Assembly: GCF_006345805.1 (NCBI RefSeq)
Contig: NC_043004.1
Coordinates: 105,648,001 to 105,712,000, forward strand
From: Octopus sinensis
Taxonomy: Eukaryota
Length of the DNA stretch: 64,000 nucleotides
Direction: 5' to 3'
Shown: positions 13,291 to 26,844 of the stretch, in pieces
How the letters are laid out: each line of letters begins with the position of its first letter
Numbering within the stretch: position 1 is the first letter of the stretch
The notes under the pieces: generated by a model
The model's input: the letters and a program-made list of their open reading frames with translations, nothing else
Told to the model about the DNA's origin: nothing
Databases searched by the model: none
Translations under genes and position numbers: made by a program

Positions 13291-14290
13291 TGTGTGTGTG
13301 CGTGTGTGTGTGTGTGTGCGTGTGTGAGTGTGTGCATGTGTGAGTGTGTGCGTGTGTATGTGTGAGCCAAAGTACTGCAACATGTGGTGCAATATTGCGG
13401 AACCTATCTAATCCATACCAGAATGGAAAGATGGATGCATAATGGTAGTACTGGTGGTGGTGGTGAGGGGGGGATGAGGATGAAGAGGAGATCATCTGCA
13501 AACCAGATGCAGCAAATGATTGCTGGTTTGCAGATGTTTCCCATAACAATGATATTTGTCTGATACTGAAAACCAATAACATCTTGGCTCATCTTACAAG
13601 TCAGATATTTGTATGTAGGATTTCAGAATCGAAGACCTTGTTATCTTTCTAAAATGTTAGCAATGATTGAACACTTCTAATCTCTGATGAATAACCTGAT
13701 GAAGTCTTTGAAAACAACCACCTAATATTTTGCATGTCAAAGCAAACAATTAAGACCTTTTTTGCTTTGATCTGTAAACTTTTATGGGTTGACTTGGAAG
13801 ATTTTGCATTCCAAACAAAACAAAAGTTATTCTAACACTTGAATGTAGCTCTGGAACCCAGCAAACTGAATGCAATCTAGTCCCCGTCAATTCCAGTTTG
13901 TTCCTGTAAGGTGCTGACCATTCTTTTACCTTTGTTGTTGTTCTTTTCTAGATGCTGGTCAGCATTGAAGCTGTGAACATTTTGTTGTTTTTCTGGGACT
14001 GTATTATTCAAGTCATAAGGTTTGCAGACAACAGGTGGACCTGTGCATTGGCATGTGGTATCCAAGAGATTGGAAAAGGCTACTTGGAAGGCCTCCATAA
14101 CAATGGGAAGATGATTTAGTCAAACAATTTGGGCCAAGATGGAAAAGAATCAAGTAAGAACTTGATGGGCAGAATCAAGTAAGAACTGGGAGCATATTGT
14201 GATCAAATATGTATAAAAACATCAAAAAGTCTGGTCGATATAACAATATCATCCAATATGTTCTTTCTTTTTTTAAGCAGTAAACTGTGA

Positions 14291-15385
14291 CTTAGAGCAG
14301 GTTTCACTGTTATTTCTAACAGAGAGGTTGGGGTCCACCAGGGTTCAGTACTCAGCCCCCTCCTATTTATCATAGTCCTCCAGGCAATTACGGAGGAATT
14401 CAAGACAGGTTGCCCCTGGGAGCTCCTCTATGCTGACGACCTTGCTCTAATTGCTGAGTCACTATCAGAACTGGAGGAGAAGTTCCAGGTGTGGAAGGAG
14501 GGTCTAGAATCGAGGGGCCTTAGAGTCAATCTAGCTAAACCCAAAGTCGTAATAAGTAGGAAGGTAGACAATCCACAAATATCCTCAGGAAGATGGCCCT
14601 GCTCGATCTGTAGAAAAGGTGTAGGTAGAAACTCTATAAGATGTACCCAGTGTAAGCTATGGACACATAAGAGGTGCAGCAATGTCAAAGGTAGACTAAC
14701 TGGGAAGATAGTTTTTGTATGTGGCAGATGCTCGGGAGCATTAACCTCCGAAAATCTGCAGAAAACAACTTCTGTCACTTTCCAGGGGGAAAAACTAGAA
14801 GTAGTTGATAGCTTCCGTTATCTAGGTGACCAAGTCAGTAGTGGGGGTGGGTGCGCTGAAAGTGTAACTGCTAGAATAAGAATAGCCTGGGCAAAGTTTA
14901 AGGAGCTCTTACCTCTGCTGGTGACTAAAGGCCTCTCGCTCAGAGTAAAAGGCAGACTGTATGATGCATGTGTACGAACAGCCATGCTACATGGCAGTGA
15001 AACATGGGCCGTGACTGCTGAGGACATGCGTAAGCTTGTGAGGAATGAAGCCAGTATGCTCCAATGGATGTGTAATGTCAGTGTACATACTCAACAGAGC
15101 GTTAGTACCTTGAGAGAAATGTTGTACCCAAGAAGCATCAGTTGTGGTGTGCAAGAGAGACGATTGTGCTGGTATGGTCATGTGGTGAGAATGGATGAAG
15201 ATAGGTGTGTGAGAAAGTGCCAATCCCTAGCAGTTGAGGGAACCCGTGGAAGAGGTAGACCCAGGAAAACCTGGGACGAGGTGGTGAAGCACGACCTTCG
15301 AACTTTAGGCCTCACTGAGGAAATGACCAGCGACCGAGACCTTTGGAAATATGCTGTACGTGAGAAGACCAAGCAGGTCAAGTGA
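14291..15385 (+). CDS. Reverse transcriptase C-terminal part of an RTE-clade LINE ORF2 (5'-truncated, frame open)
   Basis: The frame extends upstream of the tracked ORF: EVGVHQGSVLSPLLFIIVL...LLYADDLAL (YADD), CxxC..HxxC knuckles, FRYLGD, and the RTE C-terminal motifs WYGHV and RGRGRPRKTW. No internal stop from 14291 to 15385. Confidence 0.95.
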   Translation, partial: LRAGFTVISNREVGVHQGSVLSPLLFIIVLQAITEEFKTGCPWELLYADDLALIAESLSELEEKFQVWKEGLESRGLRVNLAKPKVVISRKVDNPQISSGRWPCSICRKGVGRNSIRCTQCKLWTHKRCSNVKGRLTGKIVFVCGRCSGALTSENLQKTTSVTFQGEKLEVVDSFRYLGDQVSSGGGCAESVTARIRIAWAKFKELLPLLVTKGLSLRVKGRLYDACVRTAMLHGSETWAVTAEDMRKLVRNEASMLQWMCNVSVHTQQSVSTLREMLYPRSISCGVQERRLCWYGHVVRMDEDRCVRKCQSLAVEGTRGRGRPRKTWDEVVKHDLRTLGLTEEMTSDRDLWKYAVREKTKQVK

Positions 15386-15863
15386 GCCCAGCCCACTTAT
15401 TCATGCCTTTCCTCCCTTGGACACAAAGACCTGTTGAGGCAAGCGAAGTCGATATAGAACCTCATCCGACGACAGGCACCCATGCCAACCCCCTTTGCTT
15501 GCGAAGACATGTTGGGGCAAGCAAAATCGAAATCGAATTGAACCAGCCAGGATCCCTGGTCTGGTGGTACGTAAAAAGCACTATCCGACTCGTGGCCGAT
15601 GCCAGCGCCGCCTCGACTGGCCTCCGTGCCGGGGGCACGTAAAATACACCAATCCGACCGTGGCCGTTGCCAGCCTCGCCTGGCACCTGTGCAGGTGGCA
15701 CGTAAAAAGCACCCACTACACTCACGGAGTGGTTGGCGTTAGGAAGGGCATCCAGCTGTAGAAACATTGCCAGATAAGACTGGAGCCTGGTGCAGCCTTC
15801 TGACTTCCCAGATCCCCGGTCGAACCGTCCAACCCATGCTAGCATGGAGAACGGACGTTAAAC

Positions 15864-15909
<46 letters not shown>
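14321..15909 (+). mobile_element. 5'-truncated young RTE LINE insertion
   Basis: RT ORF plus ~480-bp CpG-rich 3' UTR plus (GAT)15 tail; no clear TSD seen. Confidence 0.92.
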
Positions 15910-18900
15910 TGTTACTGCATAGAGGTCCTGTTGTTGGCTCATTATTATTATTATTGTTGTTGTTTAGTAATACTAACAAACTAGTTACTGGATCAATTAT
16001 TCAATATTCCAGTTAAGTTATCCAAATATGCTCCATATTACAAAATGTCTATTTTTTGAATTATTCTTATTAATAAATAATTTATGATTTTCTGTTGATC
16101 TTGTTGGCTCTTCTCCCCTGCTTCCATCTCCATCACATTTTTTATGCTATGCAGGTTTCGTTTCTTTTAAATAATCATAAAAGATCTATATAATTTCATA
16201 ATTTCAAGAAAAAGAATATGATAGACTGTGATGTTTATGCCTTTATTAAAATAATTAGCACTAAAACAGAAGTGACATGACTTTGACTGCAGATTAAAAC
16301 CATGTTGGAATCACAGTTTGCTGGCAGCTTACTTCACATTGTATGTCACATAATACCATAAATTTAGTTTCCATGCTGTCTGATTAAATCAACTTCTGTC
16401 TAAAAACACATCAAAACCTAATTTGCATCTAATTCATTCCAGTACTGCAATGTAACCAAGCAATTTATCAATTTTACAGAGCAGAAGTAAAGAGTAATGA
16501 TTGTTTTAGTTATACTATGGAATACTGGAACGTAACAAATGCCACCTTGCTTGTGTTCCAATCTGCTTTTATGTCAAGCTTACATTTCTTCATACATTCA
16601 ATGAAAAGTTACTTGTAAATACAGACATGGCTATGCGGTTAAGAAGCTTACTTTGTAACCACATGGTTTCAGGATCAGCCCCACTGTGTGGCACATTGCA
16701 CAAGTGTCTCATATTATTAGCTCCTGGCCAACAATGACCGATAAAGGAATCTGGCTGACTGAAACTGTGTGGAAGCCTGTAGCTCATCGGATTTTGTCAA
16801 AGCATCCAACCCATGCCAGCAAGGATGTTTGATGATGATGATGATGATGATGATGACGATGATGATGATATATATCCACATATGTGTGTCTGTATTTGTC
16901 CTTCGTTTCCACCAACTAGTGTTGATTTGTTTATGTCTTTGTAACTTAGCAGTTCGACAAAACACACCAACTGAATAAGTACCAGTTGAAAAGAAAATAA
17001 AAAACATAAGTACTGGTGTTGATTTGTTCAACTGAAACCCTTCAAGGTAGAACCCCAGTATGGCCACAATCCAATAATTAGAACAAGTAAATGATTCGGA
17101 GTGGTTGGCGTTAGGAAGGGCATCCAACTGCAGAAACTCTGCCAAATCAAGATTGGAGCCTGGTACAGCCATCTTGTTTGCCAGCCTTCAGTCAAAATCG
17201 TCCAACCCATGCTAGCATGGAAAGCAGACATTAAACGATGATGATGATGATGATGATAACTGTCCACTCTCTCAATCTGTTTTCTGTCTATTGTCCTTCT
17301 GACTCTGTTTCAGTGCCTAACACCACAACTGTGTGATCCTTGGATGCCTTAAGCATTCAGATCAAACTGTACGTACATATGTGCATGTGTGTGAGTGTAT
17401 GAGTATGTGTGTGTGTGTGTGTGTGTGTGAAGGTGCATGGTTCAGTCGTTAAAGCATCAGGCTCACAATCATGAATTTGATTCTCAGACTGAGTTATGAG
17501 TTGTGTTCTTGAGCAAGACAATTTACTTCACATTGCTCCAGTTCATTCATCTGTAGAAATGAGTTGCAATGTCATTGGTGCCAAGCTGTATTGGCCTTTG
17601 CTTCTCCTTTGGATAACATCAGTGTTTTGGAGAGAGGAAACCGGTATGTATGGGTGGCTGCTGGTCTTCCACACAACCTTGCTTGGACTTTTGCCATGGT
17701 GGGTAACCTTATAGGTGCAATTTCATGATCACTCATGGCTGAACCTTTACTGGTTATGTTTGTATCTATGCATGTATGTATGTATATATGTATGTATAAT
17801 ATGTATGTATGTATGTTTGTGAGTATGTTTGTGTGTATAAATTTATACAAGTAGAAGAGGAATACAAACAAGCTTTATTTACAAATTGCAGCAATTGTTT
17901 CTGAGCAGTGGTGATAGCTGCAAAACAGACAATCGGAACTTGGTATATTCCTCTAACTTGCCAGCTCCTGTCAAACTGTCTAACCCATGCCAGAATGGAA
18001 GATGAATGTAAAATGAGTATGATGATGATGATGATAAATAACCTGCACTCTGAATTCAGCTACTACTGAGGTCAAAGTTGACAAAAAGAAAAAAATTGTC
18101 GCAGTCTTGGGTAGTGGATTGGTAGAAGTATCAGAATAGTGGGCAAGATGCCTTGCAATCTGTTTCAGCTCTGAGAATTCTGAGTTCAAATTCCACCCGT
18201 GATCCCCATAAAATGATGATTTCTGTAAAGGATTGTGATTGACAGAAAGTATTAGAAATCTGAGACACCAATGTAAATACTGTTTGCTTGGTTTGATTCG
18301 GAAGATCAACTGCCATCACATGAGCAAAAGCATTCCACATCTACAAACCATTATTAGCAGCACCACCACCACCACCACCACCATCATCATTATCCTCATC
18401 ATCACCATCATTATCATCGTCGTCGTCATCACCACCACCACCACCACACCACCATCATCATCATCTGTTCCCTCCGCTTATGAGGGACTCATAAGGTCAG
18501 TTACCTGGTTTCCATGACTTATGAGTTACTGAGATTACAACATTGCTCTTGAAAGGGATCCCGTCTGATATAGGGTTCAAGGCCAGTATGTTTGAGAAGA
18601 GGGAAAAGTCACGTCAACCCTCAGTAATTGGCTGGTACTTTATCCTATTATTCCTTAGGGGATGAAAAGCAAAGTTGACCTCAGCAAGATTTGAACTTTG
18701 AACTCAGAATGTAAAGTACCCCCCAAAAAAGTTGCTAAGCATTTTGTCTGATGTGCTAACAATTCTGCTAACTTGCTGCCTTTTATAAGGGACTAATTGT
18801 TGAATATGTTTTACTTTTTTAAGATATTATGTAAAAAGGGTAAAGATCTCCTTTGTCATAAATGACCTAGAAAGTTACTCTCTGAGACACAAGTCTGGGC

Positions 18901-19164
18901 AAGGTTGTTTACAGAAGACCAGCAGCTGCCCATGCATACCAGTTTCCTCTCTCCATGCCACCAAGGCAACAGTAAAGGCCAATACAGCTTGGAACTAGTG
19001 ACATTGCAATTCATTTCTGCAACTAAGTGAACTGGAGCAATGTGAAATAAAGTGTCTTTGTTCACACAGCCCGGTCCAGGAATCAAACTTACTACCTCAT
19101 GATTGTAAGTTCGACGCTCTAACCACTGAGCTATGCACCTATTATGTAGGATGCAATAATATTC

Positions 19165-19380
19165 ATTTCAAATTTTGGGTCAAAGCCAACAGTTTTGAGG
19201 AAGAGTGCAAGTTGATTACATCGACCCCAGTGCTCAACTGGTATTTATTTTATCAGCCCCCAAAAGGATGAAAGACAAAGTCAACCTCAGCAGAATTTGA
19301 ATTCAGAACATAAAAGCATACGAAATGCCACATAGTATTTTGTTCAGCGTGCTAACAGTTCTGCCAATTTGCTGCCTTTT
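19165..19380 (-). mobile_element. SINE family D (related copies at 2140-2290 +, 18595-18790 -, 29490-29725 +, 41115-41265 -)
   Basis: Shared core gtcaactttgcctttcatcctt...gataaaataagtaccagttgagcactgggg across five copies. Confidence 0.7.
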
Positions 19381-19398
19381 GTTAAGGAGTGTAATGTC

Positions 19399-19821
19399 CA
19401 GCACTGAATTAATCATTAAGCAAAATAAGCATGTGCTTAGGACACCAAGGGAAGGAGAGAGGGTACCACAGAAATAGTAAATGGTTTACAGCACAAAAGA
19501 AAATCACTTTAAACTTGCTAAAATAATATTCAGGATGCCTTTATCTCTACTGAGTATAGAAGCAGATGCGTTACCTAAGATTAATTTTGAGGATCTAATC
19601 AAAGACTTTGCAATTCGAAAAAGTAGGAGGAAACTTTTCAAATATAAGTGGAAATATGCAAAAACAAACAATATTTTCCCTCTTACTATTTTGTTTGATT
19701 TTGAAAAATGAAATTTATTTTATGGTTTGTTATTGTTTATATTTTGAATTCCATAATCTTTTATGGGGGCACCAAAATCTTTTAAGTGCTTAGGGCCTCG
19801 ATGGGTCTTAATCCGACCCTG
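19399..19821 (+). mobile_element. Non-autonomous hAT DNA transposon retaining the transposase C-terminal dimerization fragment
   Basis: LSLLSIEADALPKINFEDLIKDFAIRKSRRKLF resembles a hAT C-terminus; degenerate TIRs CAGCACTGAATTAA / TTAATCCGACCCTG; flanks gtaatgtc / agtatgtc resemble an 8-bp TSD. Confidence 0.75.
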
Positions 19822-20109
19822 AGTATGTCCTACTTTTTTAAGACAGTATGTAGGATGTAATAATATTGAAAGCTGCTATTTCAAGCAACAAGGCACAGGC
19901 TCTAAGTTGTTGATAGTGCTACTATTCTTATTTTTTATTGCAGTTGTTGTTGTTGTTATTGTTGTCCTTATTGTTGCTGCTGCTTCTGTGACTGTTGTTG
20001 TTTATCTGCCAGATATGTTAGTGCAAGAATTGGTGTCAGCCTTATTATAACTTCATTTCGGTTATTGCTTCCACACCTACAAACCATGGTATTTGTGTTT
20101 TTTTTCATA

Positions 20110-21050
20110 CCATCATCCCAGCAACCACTGCCACTACAACCGCCACAACTGCACCATTATTAGCATCACCACACCACCACCACCACCACCACCATCATCA
20201 TTATCATCATTATCATCATCATCACCATCATTATCATTGTCGTTATCATCACCACCACCACAGCCACTGCCACAACTACTACCTCCACCACATCACTACC
20301 ACCACCACTACCACCACATCACCACCACCACCACCACCACCACCACATCACCACCACCACCACTACCACCACCATCATCATCATTGTCATCATCATCATC
20401 AGCCTCAAGACTGACATTACCATCATATTGCCATCACCATGACTACCATCACCACAGTCACCATCATCATCACCTACATCACCACTACTCTAATCATGCC
20501 TGTTACAACACTACCACTACCACCACAATCACATCACTACAACCACAACTACAAGCACCAGCAACATCCAATGCTCTCATAGCAATCACCACAAACCCTC
20601 AAACTCACCACTATCACCACAACTACCACCACCGATACCGCTACAGCCATTACTACCACCATCACCGTCACCACTTACGTCACAAATACCACTGCAACTT
20701 TCGCCATTACCAGCAGCACAATGACCTTCTTGACCACTGCCACAACCACTACCCACTCTGCCGCTGCCAACACTACCACCACCACTACCACTACCACTAT
20801 CACCTGTACCTCAACAAACAACCATCAACATAACCCTCCCCTCTCATCACCACAACCACCACCAATATCTCAACAACCATCAAGATAACTCCCCCTATTA
20901 CCACCACTGCCACCATCACCACCACTACCACTGCCACTAATGCCAAAACCACCGTCACCATCACCATGACTACCACAGCCACCATTACCATTATCAGGAC
21001 CAGCAGCGTCAGCAGCATCACCACCACCTCCAAACAGCTTCATCTTCATC
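20110..21050. repeat. ~950-bp CAC/CAT/TAC triplet mosaic low-complexity block
   Basis: Triplet-periodic C/A-rich degenerate microsatellite. Confidence 0.9.
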
Positions 21051-21240
21051 CATAAAACTAGACTATGATAACCTCAATATTCTATGACAAGTGTCTACCA
21101 GAATATGTTTCATTTTGGCACCTGTTACTTAATTTAACTTTCTATTTATTTGTCAGTTCTAAGTATGTCTACTCACCTGTATAACGTCTCTTTCCTTCTT
21201 TCTCTCTCTTTGTTTCTCTCTCTCTTTCTCTCTCCCACTT

Positions 21241-21281
<41 letters not shown>

Positions 21282-22121
21282 GTTGTATAAATATGGTTGT
21301 GCATTTGTATCTAAACAAAAGGTATAGGATGTGTGAGTATATATATGTTTATATATAAGATTACACTCTTCTTCCTATATGTATGTGGGTGTCTGTTGTG
21401 TGTATATGTCTATGTGTCAGTGTGTATGCTTGTGTGTGTTTGATTGTGTATGTGTGTGTTATTTAATATAAACAAGTGCAGTGTGGTGGCATTCACCTGT
21501 TCCTGTGACTATCTGTCCTTCTACATATGTGTATGCTTATAATGCTCTATAAATGTGTACATTTCTGTCATGTGACCCACAACTATGTGAATTTTGTGTT
21601 TATAAGCAGTGTGTGCAATACATGTGTACACACACATAGGCCCAGATACTCACACATACACTCAGAACTATGTGAGTAAATATATGTATACACACACACA
21701 CAAATATGATGATATATATTTATGTATATATGTATATTTATATCTATATGTATACTTATATATATATATGTGGAAATATATATATATATATATATGTTTA
21801 TATATATATATAGGCATGCATATATATATATGCATGCATGTGTGTGTGTGTGCGTGTGTGTGTGTATGTGTGTGTGTGTATTTATCCTAAGCTGATGATT
21901 CATCCCATTGCTACTCCAAGTTTGTTTCCTTGTGAATTCATTCAGGTAACAAGATCTATCTTCTCACCTGAAAAAATGTACAAAAAGAGAAACTCAGAAT
22001 ATCAACAAAATTAATCGTCAGCTTTGAATGAATAATAAAACTCTACTATATATATTGAGTACTTTTTTCCCTATTTCTACATTTAAAGATGTATGAATAT
22101 ATGTATAAGTTTTTCACACAG

Positions 22122-22153
<32 letters not shown>

Positions 22154-22379
22154 GAATCTTATCTTTAAAAGGGAAACTGGATGTACTGTAATAGCTTCAA
22201 TTGATTGGTCATCAGTTGCATACCTATATACCTATGATTTTTTTGCATTTATACCTGCAAGTTATGATTATTATGTAACTCTTAGCTCCCTGAAACAGCT
22301 GTTGAGATATGACATTACATTTCTTTTTGTATATTTTTTTCTCTAGTTTTATTTTGTGTTTTTATTCTCCATGTATATA

Positions 22380-23647
22380 TCAGGTCATCCCATAAGTTCT
22401 GTCTGATTTTTACCTTTTTTAAAATTGAATGAAATTTAATAGTATTTTAGAATGTCTAATGGAATTAAAAATTATTTTCATGCATTTGTGTACATTTAAA
22501 ATAATTAAATAGTATTTTACAGAATAATAGAATTAAAATTTCTTTGATTAAAACCCTTTCTAACATGGAAGTATCCAAAGAGCATTTAAGGCACATAATG
22601 CTTTATGAGTACTAAAAAAGGAAACTCTGCAGCTGAAGCGACTTGAAACATACACTCAGTTTATGGGAAAAAATGCTTGATTGAAAGAACTTGCAGAAGA
22701 TGGATTTCAGCCTTAAAGATGAAGATCGAACAGGACGTCCAGTTGAGTTTGATGATAAGCTCCTTGAGGCACTACTTGAAGAAAATCCTGCATTATCAGT
22801 TGAAGAATTGGCAATAAAGCTTAGTTCAAACCATACAACTGTTCATCATCATCTTCAACAACTTGGAAAGGTTCCTAAACTTGGAAAATGTGTGCCTCAT
22901 GAATTGTCCGAAAGCAACTGCAAATCCCAAGTTGACATCTGCTCTTCTCTCCATTCTCGTGAACTCATTTCACCCTTTTTGGATAGACTTGTGACTGGTG
23001 ACATAAAATGGATCTTCTATCAAAATGTTAAACGTCATAAACAGTGGCTTGGTAAAAGGGAAAAAGCTCAATCACAACCAAGAAGGGAACTTCATGGAAA
23101 AAAGGTTCTTCTCTCTACCTGGTGGTATTGCAAAGGAGTAATTCACTTTGAATTGTTACCACCTAATGCAACAATCAATGCTCAAGTCTACTGTCAGCAA
23201 TTAGAGCATTTGAACCAAGCTTTGAAGAAAAAAAGACCTGCTTTAGTGAATCGAAAAGGAGTGATGTTTCATCAGGACAATGCGTGACCCCACACTGCAA
23301 AGATCACATCACAGAAGATTGAAGAGTATGGTTAGGAAAAAATTCCTCATCCACCTTATTCTCCCAACCTTGCTCCTTCAAACTACCATTTATTTTGTAG
23401 TTTACAGAATCATTTGGGGGACATAACCTTTGCAAGCCAGGAGGAGGTCGAAACTGACATTTCAGAGTTCTTCGCTTTGAAACCAAAAGAGTTTTACATT
23501 GATAGGAGTAAAAAGCTTGTAAATAGATGGAAGGAAGTCATAGATAATCAGGGAAAGTACATTGATGATTAAATTTCAATTAAATATAACATTTGATCAC
23601 TTGCTTTCTTTATTCAAAATTCGGACAGAACTTATTGGATGAGCTAA
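22380..23647 (+). mobile_element. Full-length (~1.27 kb) mariner (DD34D) transposon, inactivated
   Basis: TIRs TCAGGTCATCCCATAAGTTCTGTCTGA vs TTAGCTCATCCAATAAGTTCTGTCCGA (reverse complement of right end; 4 mismatches); TA on both sides. Confidence 0.93.
22565..23572 (+). pseudogene. mariner transposase pseudogene
   Basis: MEVSKEHLRHIMLYE..., CVPHEL, VTGDIKW, HQDNA*PH, HPPYSPNLAPSNYHLF; several premature stops and a frameshift near 22700. Confidence 0.92.
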
Positions 23648-23721
23648 TATATATATCAAGCCTAATTGTATTCATCAACCTACTACCCCTCCTTTCTTTC
23701 TCTCTTACTCTCTCTCTCTCA

Positions 23722-23769
<48 letters not shown>

Positions 23770-23773
<4 letters not shown>

Positions 23774-24086
23774 GAGGTGCAATGGCCCAGTGGTTGGGCA
23801 ACAGACTCGCGGTCAGAGGATCGTGGTTTCGATTCCCAGACTGGGTGTTGTGTGTTTATTGGGCAAAACACCTAAAGCACCACAAGGCTCCAGCAGGGGG
23901 TGGTAGCGACCCCTGTTGTACTCTTTCACCCCAACTTTCTTTCACTCTCTCTTCCTGTTTCTTGAGTATCATTGCAATGGACTGGTGTCCCATCCAGCTG
24001 GGGCAAACACATACGCCACAGAAACCGGGAAACCGGGCCCATGAGCCTGGCTAGGCTTGAAAAGGGCGCATAAATAAAAAAAAAAA
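23770..24086 (+). mobile_element. tRNA-derived SINE, family C, with poly(A) tail
   Basis: tRNA-like head (tggcccagtggttggg...ggtttcgattccc), unique body and A-rich tail; inserted in a (TA)n array. Confidence 0.75.
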
Positions 24087-24107
24087 TATATATATATATA
24101 TACATAC

Positions 24108-24232
<125 letters not shown>

Positions 24233-24237
24233 ATATA

Positions 24238-24313
<76 letters not shown>

Positions 24314-24986
24314 CATATATACATACATACACATATATATTATAAACATTGATAAATAGTTAGACAGATAGATAGATAGATATTGGCATGGTTGTGTGAT
24401 TAAGAAGCTTGCTTTGCAATCATGCAGTTTCAGGTTCAGTCCCACTGAAAATCCCCTTGGTCAAGTGTTTTCTATAAGAACTCTAGGCTGACAAATGACT
24501 TATGAGTAAATATGGTGGGTAGAAGGGGTGGGGAAGCCTGTTGTACACACTCACACAGACACACACACACACATGTACGCACACATGCACACATATATGC
24601 ACACACATGCACACAATCATACACACATGTATATATGTTTTGGGGTGCTTTGTGTTTCTTCTCTCACATATTGACACCTGTTGTTAGTTTGTTGACAACC
24701 CTGTAACTTAGCAATTCAGCCAAAGAGACTGATGAAATTAGTACTAGGCTTTCAAAAAAAAAAACTGAGGCTGGTTCATTTCACTAAAACCTTAAAGACA
24801 GTGCTGTAACATGGCCACAACCCAATGATCGAAACCAGCAAAAAATAAAAGATATTTAAATGCACATTCTCACACACACGCATACATACACACACACATA
24901 CACATGCACAATGTGTACATGCACACACACACACGCAAATTTAATTAAATATACATATATTCATATACGCATGTAATTATATATAT

Positions 24987-25322
24987 ATATATATATATAT
25001 AAAAACTTGGAGAAGAGAAATAGAGAAATAACGCGTGCGTTCGGTCATATAGTAATATAATAAATAAATAAAATATATGCCTATATACACACATATATGT
25101 ACATACTTACATCTACATGTATATATACATGCATACATATATATATATGAGTACAGGACACCACAAATAAACGTAGAACACAACGAGAGATGAGAACATA
25201 AAATCAAACAAGGAAACGGACTTTTTTTAAACAACGAAAAAACAGAGTACAGGACAAACAATACAAGGAAAATTCCCCTTCATCAGCTGTCCCTGGTTCG
25301 ACTCAAAGTGTGTTTCGAAGGT
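24987..25322 (-). mobile_element. (TA)n-associated dispersed repeat, possibly Penelope-like LTR-derived (copy at 46240-46560 +, distant copy at ~7330-7450 +)
   Basis: Alignable copies: gaaacacac..gagt.gaac.agggacagctgatgaagggg..ttttccttgt...gtggtgtcctgtactca. The Penelope assignment is inference. Confidence 0.55.
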
Positions 25323-25372
25323 AATATATATATATACATATATACATATATGTATACATATATATCTATATC

Positions 25373-25421
<49 letters not shown>

Positions 25422-26844
25422 TCTGTGGAGTGGTTGGTGTTAGGAAAAGCATCCAGCCATAAAAACCATACCAAAATAGACACAGAAGCATAGCACAGGC
25501 TCCTGCTTGGCCAGCACCTGTCAAATAATCTAACCCATGCCAGCATGGAAGGAGGACATTAAATGATGATGATGATTATGATATATATATATATATATAT
25601 ATATATAATGTTTATTTCCAGTATATATGTATATATTTGTATGTGTGTATGTGTGTTTGTTTCTTGAAATGATATCAAATACCTTCCTTCCCAGTGATCT
25701 TATGTTTTTGGATGTTCTACATCTAATAAGGTGATTCCAACAGATCAACAAACGGTTTGCTAGAGATCTTGAAGTGCTAGTAAGTGGGTAGTGCAAGAAG
25801 ATTGTATATTTCAGGTGTTTTTTTGGGTTTTTTTATGCTCTTAGGTGTTTTGTATTATTTTGTTGACTTTCTGTTTTCAATTTTCTATTTTCCGTCTTCT
25901 CTATTTTTGTTTTTAGACTGTTAGTTAAAAATGTTTACAAAATGTGTTTTTTTCTAATAAATTATCTTATATATATTTTTTTTTCATTTTTTTGGTTGGT
26001 TCATACATTAGGCTATTTTTTTATGTTGTTGCTTTTACATTTTTTTTTTATCTAAACTTTCTTAGTTTTTGGTGAAATCTTGATGGCACTGCCTAGATAG
26101 TGCACCATATGCTTATGATTGTTTATTAGACTCATTGAAATTTATGTATGTTTATACATGTGTGTCCATCCCTTTTGTACACCATAGAAAGGCAGCAAAC
26201 TCTCCTGGCAAGCAAAACAAGACAAAATTGCGAAGTGTTTGATTCACATTTAAGATATTAATCTTTTTATTTTTGTTTTTAATAAACCAAATTGTTTCAG
26301 ACTCAAATTAACAGCCTTAACAGAAATGTATTCATTCAGGGTATTCAGCACTTTAGAGATAGCTTTTATAATATATCTCTCTTTTACTCTTTTACTTGTT
26401 TCAGTCATTTGACTGCAGCCATGCTGGAGCACCGCCTTTAGTCGAGCAAATCGACCCATGCCACGCAGTGGGACTGAACCCGGAACCATGTGGTTGGTTA
26501 GCAAGCTACTTACCACACAGCCACTCCTGCGCCCATATATGTCCCATTTCTCCAAATTTTTTTCTACAACTTCCTCCAGCAATCATCCTCTTTAGATCAG
26601 CTGAAAAATGAAGTAAAAATAAGGTGAAATAAACATCAGAGATGCTTTACCCCATGCAGAATCTGCAGGATTTACTCTTCTAGATTCATTGCAATCCTGG
26701 AAACTTTTCCGTATCATCAGGTATCTCAGGCTCACAAGTGTTTAGCCCATTAGCATATGCACTTCACCTATACCATCTTTTCTGACATACAAGTCAAATT
26801 TTTCAGACCAAAATTTACTGCCAAATAAAGGAAGGTCAACTAAT

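Noticed and set aside
13877-14098. 73-aa minus-strand ORF beside the RTE insertion
   Set aside because: No recognisable motif; length is within chance expectation.
20093-21033. 246-aa and 77-aa His/Thr/Pro-rich ORFs
   Set aside because: They are translations of a CAC/CAT/TAC triplet mosaic that lacks stops by composition; no domain is present.
25255-25322. Type II hammerhead fold (GAAAC...GTC...CTGATGA), also at 46244-46320
   Set aside because: Stem I does not pair and stem III has a mismatch at the third position; kept only as a low-interest repeat.
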